Assembly (NCBI RefSeq): GCF_001194135.2 | Contig: NC_068985.1 | Location: 42,149,000-42,212,999, forward strand | Direction: 5' to 3' | Length of the DNA stretch: 64,000 bases | Source of the DNA: Octopus bimaculoides | Taxonomy: Eukaryota | Shown here: positions 54,736 to 64,000 of the stretch, one piece after another | How the letters are laid out: the number at the start of each line of letters is the position of its first letter | Numbering within the stretch: the first letter of the stretch is position 1 | The notes under the pieces: model-generated | Database searches by the model: none | The model's input: the letters and a program-made list of their open reading frames with translations, nothing else | Told to the model about the DNA's origin: nothing | Translations under genes and position numbers: made by a program

Positions 54736-54950
54736 AAGAAAAAAGTTTTTAGAGCACTAAAACCTATGGGAAGCCCAACATATAGAACCCAAGGTCTTCT
54801 TTTTAATCATTTTTGGGGGAAAAAGTGCATTCTATATGCCAGCAACTACACTAATAATTGAAAGAAATGCAAGTATGCACAAATCTAAAGAATTTGTTGA
54901 AATATTGTCATATGTTTAAATGTCAATTCTACATGTTTTATTATTCCTAG

Positions 54951-55158
54951 CTTGGTGAAACAATACATTTACCCGGTTGTAATACAATGGTCCAATGTCG
55001 TAAGGTTGCAACAGGCAAAAGAAATCTTGTAATAACGAATTTACCTGACGGCTGTGGTAACAACTCTATGTGCATTCTAAAAGACCACAAATACCAATGT
55101 ATATGTGAAGAAGGATTTGCTCGCAATAAGAATGACACATTCTGTCTTAAAATACCAG
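54951..55158 (+). CDS. Exon: TILa-like plus EGF-like segment (LGETIHLPGC...CGNNSMCILKDHKYQCICEEGFARNKNDTFC)
   Basis: ttattcctAG acceptor, GTAAAC donor, phase 0/1. Confidence 0.87.
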
Positions 55159-56829
55159 GTAAACCATTAAATATTGATTAATAACTTGCTCTCTTCAGCA
55201 ACTGGCTAATATAATAGGATCCAGTTATTTAAAACAGAATATTTACATCATTTAGGATTGCATGTAAAAATTTGTAGATATTAAAAAAAGAATTCTGTGA
55301 TATTAGGTCTGATTAATGAGTAAAAGAAATATAATTTTAATATTCTTTGCCTATCATCACCGAAGAAAATATGACACTTGTAGTTTTTATAGATGATATC
55401 TGGTGTTCATGTGCAAGAAATTAAAGCTTAATCTCCTATAAATCACACAATGCAATCTTGAAAAAAAAGGATTGAAAGTAATCCTTAGATACACTGTATC
55501 TAAAAAAAATGACTGTCTTTGGTCAGTAAGCTTTATTTCCTCTTTGCTTCTATCTAGAAATCAAAGCAAGTTATTAATATTTCCTTCAAACATTGTTTTG
55601 TAACCTGGACATCAATGTTTTGAAAATGACTTATTTTCCATTGCATTTCAGACAGTTTCAAAACTGAGGTGTTGAAACAGAAATAATGTTATAACAAATA
55701 TTCTGCTCACTACCACAGATTTGCATGTCAGTAGCTTGATCTTAACCACTTAAGTATGTCCTGTAGTGACTGACAATATATGCATCTCTGATCATGAGCG
55801 GGAGTAGTGTGGGAGCATTATACCCATGTGTTGAGAGGGATTCTTTGATGTTTGAATAAATATAACAAAAGTGGAAAGTATTTTTCATACTTTCTAGGAG
55901 TAAGTAAATAGGAAATAACAGTTGTTACCTAAGGACAAAAATCGTGTTACATAGTGTTATTTACATATTTCACAAAGTAATTGGATGTGTACAAGCTCAT
56001 TAATGAGTTTATTTATCCTTTTATTACCTGAGTTTCTCAATGAATATTTTACAACATAACCACTTCATATATCTTGCACTTAACTTTTTCTGGGGTTCAC
56101 TAAAAATGCAAAAGCATATATCCACAATTTTGATATTTACAGAATTTCTGTTATAATTTGTTTGTTGGTTTTTGTCAAACTCTATTTAAAATGTCCATAT
56201 GAAATAAGTTGTACTTCTGAGCATTAAGTGCTGCAGCAGTATAGTGTACTACTTAAGTAGAATACTCAACTTTTGTTACTTCTCTTTGTTGCTCACTTTT
56301 TCCTTTTCTTTCTCTCCCAAGACACAAAACTGTTACAAAATGACTGTTATATCTTTTACTTATTTCAGTCATTAGACTTCGGCCATACTGGGGCAGTTTT
56401 TAGTCAAGTGAATTGACCCCAGGATTTTTTTTAAGCCTGGTACTTAATCTATCAGTCTCTTTTCTGACAAACTGCTAAGTTATGGGGATGTGAACATGCC
56501 AACACCTGTTGTCAACTGGAAGTGGGGAACAAACACACACACACACACATGACGGGCTTCTTTCAGTTTCCATCTGCCAAATCCACTCACAAGTCTTTGG
56601 TTGGCCTATCTTCTTACCACACAACCATGCCTATAATATTTGCATTTAAAATTATTAGTCAGAGTTTTTTTTTAAACCAGAAATATACCTGAGTCAATGT
56701 GTTTACATGAATTTGTACATATCTACATGTTGACAGTGTCTGTTAAATGCAAAAATCTATCACACTGGGATATGTGATGTTATTTGGGAATATGTACTAT
56801 GTGATAGTATGCATTCCTGTATGACATCA

Positions 56830-57365
56830 CATATCTCAGTGTGGCTTTATACATCCCTGTGCCATTGTACTTACCCTTGTATCCCTCTTCACATCCCTGT
56901 TTCACTGTACATATCTATATGCCACCTTCCACATCACTGGATCTCTGTACACACCCTTATCTCACTAAACACATCTTTGTAACCCTCTATAAATCACTGT
57001 GTCACAATACCCATTTCTGTATCATTGTACACGTTACTGTGTAACTAAACACATCTCTGTACTACTGTACACGTTCTTGTGCCCTTGTGTACATCCATGT
57101 GTCACTGTATGCATCTCTGAATCAGTGTACCCGTCCCTTGTACACATCCGTGTCGCTATCCACATCCCTGTGTCCTTGTACACTTCACTGTGTCATTGTA
57201 CATATCTCTGAGTCCCTGTACAACGTCCTTGTGTTACTATATACATTACTCAGTCACTGTACTCATTGTTGTGTCACTGTACATATCCTTGTGTTACTGC
57301 ACACACCTCTGACATTGTACACACCACTTTCTCTCTATACACAACACTGTGTCCATGTACCCAAA
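56830..57365. repeat. Degenerate ~20-bp minisatellite (gtacacatccctgtgtcact-like)
   Basis: Recurrent cacatc.ctg / gtcactgtac motifs over about 530 bp. Confidence 0.7.
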
Positions 57366-58548
57366 AATGTCCCCAATCCCCTGGGAAATCACCTCACGCC
57401 AACATAAAGCAAGATAGATAGATAGATAGAAACGGAGAGAGGTAATCTAAGGGAAATAACTTCCAACTAGTCTTTTGTAACTACAGAGTAACTTTCCTTG
57501 TTGTGTACACTCGAATTAACAGCAGCTTTCAGAATTACATATTACTTTGACACTCTGTTTTTGCAGATATCAGTTGGTTTTTAGTTTTCATTGGTTCCTG
57601 ATTTTCGAAATATTTTCCTTCAAAATAGAAAGAGTCACTTTAGTAAGCTCTGAGAGGTTTGTCTGAAAGTTCTCTCAGTGCATGTTAGTCCTAATAAGTT
57701 CTTTGCCTTATTTCCCTCAAAGTCCAGTTTCTCCACACAGTTTTTTGTCTTTTCCAATAATTTCCTTTATGCATGTGTGTGTGTGTGTNNNNNNNNNNGG
57801 GGGGGGGGGGTAAAGAAAGGAAAGAAAGATTGAAAATACACTTAGAGTCTTTGAAAAAGATTTATATACATTTACTTAACAAGTTACACAATATCTCAAA
57901 ATTTTAAAAAATAGTGTGAGATGGAGAGATCTGAAGCTAAGTTGTATTTGTCTCAACTTTGACAAGAGTTTGATCAATTGAGCCCTTTTATGGGGAGAGT
58001 ATGGCTCAAATTGTCATCAGTTAAAGTTGGCCACAAGTTTAGAGGACCATGTACTTGCATTAAAGATAATTAAACCATAAGTTAAGGCTGTGTTAGGCCA
58101 GTTATGATGTCATACAGTAGTAAGAACAACAAGAACACACACACACACACATATTTTGAATGGTGAATTTGTTAACTTTGGCTTGTATTAGATAAGGATA
58201 AACAATTTATTACTGTTACTAAATTTTCTTCAGCTAACTTCACATTCCATGACTACCACTGGGATCGATCAGGTATCAGACAAGTATGAAACCTTCAGGG
58301 GTGTTTGACCTCGTGATTGGCATGAACTGATTAGATTTGGGGATTGATCAGATACCAGACAAGAGTTCTGGATTATTTTTCCAGTTTTTTTACTTAATTT
58401 TTGAGAGCAGTCGGGTTCATTCTTAGTATTCTCGCTTGTGAGAGCAGTCGAGTTTATTTCAGATATTCTCATTTTAAAAATCATCTCCAGCTAATTGTTG
58501 AGAGGACATTGGTGTTGCCTTGGTGGAGGTTTGCGCTCCCTGAGTGTT

Positions 58549-58604
<56 letters not shown>

Positions 58605-58816
58605 GACAGTTAGCTGGCAGAATCGTTTGCATGCCGGGTGAAATTCTTATAGGTATTTCATCTGTCTTTACATTCTGAGTTCAAATTCCGCTGGGGTTGA
58701 CTTTGCCTTTCATCCTTTTTGGGTCAATAAACTAAGTACCAGTCAAGCACTGGGGTCAATGTAATCAACTAGTCCCCTCCTCCAAAATGTCAGGCCTTAT
58801 GCCTAGAGTAGAAAGG

Positions 58817-58852
<36 letters not shown>

Positions 58853-58922
58853 ATCATTGTTGCTACTACTACTACTACTACTGCTAAAACTGTATTCATA
58901 ATGGTTTTAATTTCTTGTTCAG

Positions 58923-59485
58923 AATGTGGTGATCAACCAGTGGATGTTGTATTTGTGGTGGATGTCTCTGGCAGTATTAATGTTACCGGACTGAACAGTA
59001 CCAAACATTTCCTCACACATTTTATTAACTCAACAAACATAGGAAAGAACAACATGCAAATTAGCATCTTGTTGTTCAATGATAAACCTCACAGCTTATT
59101 TCAGTTGAACAGATACACAGAGAAAAAACAGATGCTTGATGCTGTCTATAAGATTGGACCACCCGAAGGAACTACTTACCTGGGACGGGCACTTGTGTTT
59201 GTTGCTTTGGTCAGTTTGCAAGAGAAAATGGGTGCTAGAGAACATGTGAACCGAGCTGTTGTTATTTTGACAGATGGTGTTCTCCATGATGCGGAGAGAG
59301 CTGAAAGATGGGGTGCACTGCTTAGAAGACAAAAGAAAGCGGAACTGTTTGCCATTGGTGTTGGAGAAGCTGACCCAGCACAACTACAAAGATTAACTAG
59401 AAACAGAAATAATGTTTTTTATGTTCGAGAATATGTTCAGTTGAATGGAATTATGGATATCTTACTGCAGAGTGTCTGTATGTAA
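58923..59485 (+). CDS. Last coding exon: VWA domain with MIDAS; ends ...LLQSVCM*
   Basis: ttcttgttcAG acceptor, phase 1. Motifs DVVFVVDVSGS (DxSxS), GTTYLGRAL (T), VILTDG (D), LFAIGVG. TAA at 59483-85. The cumulative frame over all 11 exons is exact. Confidence 0.92.
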
Positions 59486-59730
59486 AGAGTATTAACCAAA
59501 ATATTTTGGATACAGAACAAAAACTGTAATATTTTGTTATATTGGATTTTGAAACTTACATTCAGAAGAGGGGTTTATTTTTACTTTTTTTATCTTTTAT
59601 TTTTAGTTATAATTAACTTTATAGGATTTGAGATTAATGTGACTATGTATAATATTAAACATTCTATAATATAAAACACTCTATTTATTCTGATATCTGG
59701 TTTAAGTAGATCCTCTCTTACATATCAGAG

Positions 59731-59736
59731 AATAAA
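59731..59736 (+). promoter_or_regulatory. Candidate polyadenylation signal AATAAA
   Basis: AATAAA 245 nt after the stop. In AT-rich context it could be chance. Confidence 0.3.
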
Positions 59737-60125
59737 ATACTAAACTAAAGCAAATCAATCAACTCATTAATCATAATCATCTTAACGACTCTAATCAAAA
59801 CTATAATATCAAAGCTAACCCATCATTACTAAACTATCGCTAATACTGAAATTATAACCACTCAGTACATGAGATTCAGTTCATCACTAGTAACCATATA
59901 CTAACAATAACCAGTCAAAAACAATTGTCCTATCTTCAAAGACCACATCTTACCATCATTCTAATCTCCAATCATGCTAACCTAAGCATACAGTAAGTCC
60001 CAACATGGTCTTGTTCCTAAAAGCTTCATGCTAACTATATTGACGCTGTAATGATAATAACAAAAATTAATCTTGTCAATTCGAACATTGGCTAAAGAAC
60101 AGTTTTAATTCATAGCTTGCATTTT

Positions 60126-60161
<36 letters not shown>

Positions 60162-61422
60162 AATAAAAAGTTTTGAATGGTACAACAATGCACTATAATA
60201 CAAAAAATGGACTATATACCTGTTATAATTTAGCTATCTATAGTCCGATAATATTTCGGAATACAATTCCTTCTTCAGATATTACCATTCAAAACTTTTT
60301 ATTCTTTACAAATAATACACAATGCTTCAAGCGAACTACAATATTCTCTTATATATATAAGTTTAACAAAACCTTTACATTTCAGACACAAAGGCACATC
60401 CTCAGAAAAAAAACAGTCTGGGAAATGTTTTTCTTCTGACAATGGGCTTTTGTGCCTGATATATAAAGGTTTAACAAAACCTTTGACAATACTTCAAACA
60501 AACTACAATGTTCTTATTTCTTTATGCCTGAACCAGGACATGTTTGCTGGAAAGAAATGTTAGCTAGACATTTCCAAGACTATTTTACTTCTGAAGATGG
60601 GACTTTGTGCCTGAAATATAAAAGTTTTGTTAAACTTTCCACATTGTCAGAAGCTTTCCTATTTACCTTTTTCCCTTCTTCGATATATATATATATATAT
60701 ATANNNNNNNNNNNNNNNNNNNNNNNNNNNNNNNNNNNNNNNNNNNNNNNNNNNNNNNNNNNNNNNNNNNNNNNNNNNNNNNNNNNNNNNNNNNNNNNNN
60801 NNNNNNNNNNNNNNNNNNNNNNNNNNNNNNNNNNNNNNNNNNNNNNNNNNNNNNNNNNNNNNNNNNNNNNNNNNNNNNNNNNNNNNNNNNNNNNNNNNNN
60901 NNNNNNNNNNNNNNNNNNNNNNNNNNNNNNNNNNNNNNNNNNNNNNNNNNNNNNNNNNNNNNNNNNNNNNNNNNNNNNNNNNNNNNNNNNNNNNNNNNNN
61001 NNNNNNNNNNNNNNNNNNNNNNNNNNNNNNNNNNNNNNNNNNNNNNNNNNNNNNNNNNNNNNNNNNNNNNNNNNNNNNNNNNNNNNNNNNNNNNNNNNNN
61101 NNNNNNNNNNNNNNNNNNNNNNNNNNNNNNNNNNNNNNNNNNNNNNNNNNNNNNNNNNNNNNNNNNNNNNNNNNNNNNNNNNNNNNNNNNNNNNNNNNNN
61201 NNNNNNNNNNNNNNNNNNNNNNNNNNNNNNNNNNNNNNNNNNNNNNNNNNNNNNNNNNNNNNNNNNNNNNNNNNNNNNNNNNNNNNNNNNNNNNNNNNNN
61301 NNNNNNNNNNNNNNNNNNNNNNNNNNNNNNNNNNNNNNNNNNNNNNNNNNNNNNNNNNNNNNNNNNNNNNNNNNNNNNNNNNNNNNNNNNNNNNNNNNNN
61401 NNNNNNNNNNNNNNNNNNNNNN

Positions 61423-61480
<58 letters not shown>

Positions 61481-61544
61481 TTATAATTTTCTTTCCAAAC
61501 ACATAGACACCGTAGAAGTGTTCAAGTCGAACCTGAGGCATTAG

Positions 61545-62042
61545 ATAAGTGTAATGAATACAATAGAAAAAGTTAAAATCAGGCAGACTACAGTTAACAC
61601 ATAGATATATGGGTTTAAGATAAAAATAAGAATTGTCCAAGCTGAAATATATATTGATATATTAGAAATATAAAAATATATGAATACTAAAAATATACAT
61701 GGACATATAAATATATGGATATATAAACATAATAATAATGGAATATAGAAAAAAACGTTTTTTTTTTTAAATTAAAATATGGTATAGAAAAAATAATAGG
61801 CATTAACTCTTTTTAGTGCCTATCATTTTCTCTGTACCCTATTTTGATTTTTTTTAAATCGTTTTTATCTATATTACGTTATTATTTTTAACTACATTCC
61901 ATTATTATTATGTTTATATATCCTTATATTTATATGTCTATGTATATTTTTAATATTCATATATTTTTATATTTTTGTATCTCTAACATATCAATATATG
62001 TTTCAGCTTCGACAATTCTTATCTTTATCTTAATTAAACCCG

Positions 62043-62091
<49 letters not shown>

Positions 62092-62141
62092 ACCATAGTT
62101 TGCCTGATTTGAATTTTTTCTATTGTATCCATTATACTTAT
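61545..62141. repeat. ~600-bp imperfect palindrome (fold-back element)
   Basis: Left arm 61545-61802 matches the reverse complement of 61817-62141 (e.g. aagaattgtccaagctgaaa / tttcagcttcgacaattctt; ataggca / tgcctat). The right arm carries a (GT)n insertion. Confidence 0.9.
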
Positions 62142-62167
62142 ATACATATANNNNNNNNNNATGTGTG

Positions 62168-62207
<40 letters not shown>

Positions 62208-64000
62208 TACACACACACACACACACACACATACACACAGAGAGGGTCTTGCAGGTAAATTGAGACATTTTTTATGATGCATAAGACTGGTTATAAATAC
62301 TAAAATAACTGTAGTAGACAGATATTATTTTAAAGCAACATTTATTACAACAAAAATATTTATCACTCAATATGGCCACTCTTTTGGGAAATTACTGTCT
62401 AATTTTTTTGCAGCTACCACAACTTCCACCTTTTTGATTTTACATGTCACATGCACAGTGCAGGTCTTCAAACTGTTGACACTTGAGTGTCACATACACT
62501 GCAAAGCTTACAGATAGGCTGCTGAATTGAAATCTCTATGTTGCTTTGAGGGGAAGGTAAAACTTAACAAACTGCTCCCCCCCTCCGAAGTTGGACTACC
62601 TTGATGTTTTTATGATTGTGATAAAATAATGAAAGCAATATGAGTGTGATAAAATAATGAAAGCAATATTTACTAAGAAAATGAGCACTACCATACAAAG
62701 AAATATTTAGACATAAAATATCATAAAAATTATTAGAATTGGAAATCAAATGTGAAAATATTATCAAGTGGCTAGCAGAAAACCGCCCAGAGGCAGTGTT
62801 TCTGCTAGTATGAATAAATGAATAGATAGAAATGTATTCCAAGATTTTTATGTTTTATTATAATGTAAAATACAGATTATTATCTTAATTTTTAATTTAT
62901 TCTGTTTATCCCATTTTACTTCATTTTATCTCATTTTTGTTTTTACCCCCTTTTAGAACAAATACTGAATTATATACAAATGTATATATACTTAGTATAT
63001 TTAACTGATGCTTAAACATAAATATATATATAAGAAAATATATACACTTACTGTATACATGTATATGTAGGTCTATGTGTATATATATTAACTTGAATAA
63101 TACATCTATTAACGGATGGAATATTCAAATTTAAGTAGATACTAACACATATAAACAATTAAATTTGATTAAATATGATTTGATAAACATGTATACATGG
63201 ATATTTATTAATATCCACTAGTGAGCCAATGAAAATTATATAAATATATTTACTATTTATTATCTATTGTGCATTTTACTAATTTATTTATTTATTTACT
63301 TTATTTTATTACATAATTTTTTTCCCATAAAAATATAACAATATTTTGAATATTCATATATATTTCTAAATATGTTTATTGTATTTTATTTTATTTTATA
63401 TTTATTTTTACATGCTAGATTTATTTCCTTACTAAATACATACACACAATATATATGAAATAACATCTTAACCCTTACGTTACTGTATTTATTTTGAGAT
63501 GGTCTGTGTTTCTTTCAATTACTTTAAATATAACAAAGAATTTAGTAAAATATCATTAAGCTAGTGTTAGGAACATGAATTGTGACTAAGGTTTGGTGGA
63601 ATATTTTAATTCAAAACTTATGAAAACGAGACATTTGTACTCAGAGACAGAGCCAGTTTCAGCCGGGTTGGTAATGAAAGGGTTAAACTTCTTTAGTTCT
63701 GAATTTGAATTCCTACAAGTAAGATGTAACCTTTGTTATAATAACAAAACCCTGAAGAGATTCTACCCCTTACAACTTAAATTCTTAACATTGGATTTAA
63801 CCCAACTGCTTTGAAGTATGTATTACCAAGGGGCCAGAATCGAAACATATGTAGGCTTTCTTTAGTTTTCGTTGTGTTTTTTTTTAAAGTTATTTGTATT
63901 TGTATCCTAAAAACAAACTATGATGCAAATAAGTTAACTATACATTTTTAACTCTCCATTTTCTTACATTATTAATTTATATATATATATATATATATAT

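Overview
Eukaryotic, AT-rich, gapped scaffold. The repeat landscape (tRNA-derived SINEs, RTE/R4/CR1 LINE relics, many mariners, dense microsatellites) is what I associate with octopod cephalopods; this is an inference, not verified. One + strand protein-coding gene spans the window. I can assemble 11 coding exons with GT-AG sites and mutually consistent phases: 8936-22918, 26957-27205, 39643-39845, 41729-41879, 43181-43282, 44226-44488, 47223-47503, 48826-49091, 52232-52428, 54951-55158 and 58923-59485 (stop). They total 16,466 nt, about 5,490 aa. The 5' exon(s) and signal peptide were not identified. The first exon is a single 13,983-bp phase-1/phase-1 giant exon encoding about 4,660 hydrophilic residues in which I found no cysteine. 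It contains alternating basic and acidic blocks, a 10-aa His/dibasic repeat and a degenerate 18-aa repeat. It is spliced onto a Cys-rich zonadhesin/FCGBP/mucin-like cassette: C8-TIL-TILa-EGF-VWD-C8-TIL-TILa/EGF-VWA with an intact MIDAS and no transmembrane segment. This giant disordered-plus-adhesive-domain protein is the best candidate for an undescribed system. Introns and flanks hold DD34D, DD37D and DD41D Tc1/mariner relics (one nearly intact), pogo and hAT MITEs, LINE fragments, SINEs, two long fold-back palindromes, an interstitial TTAGGG tract and a hammerhead-core-like motif in a SINE tail. I found no rRNA, true tRNA or CRISPR.
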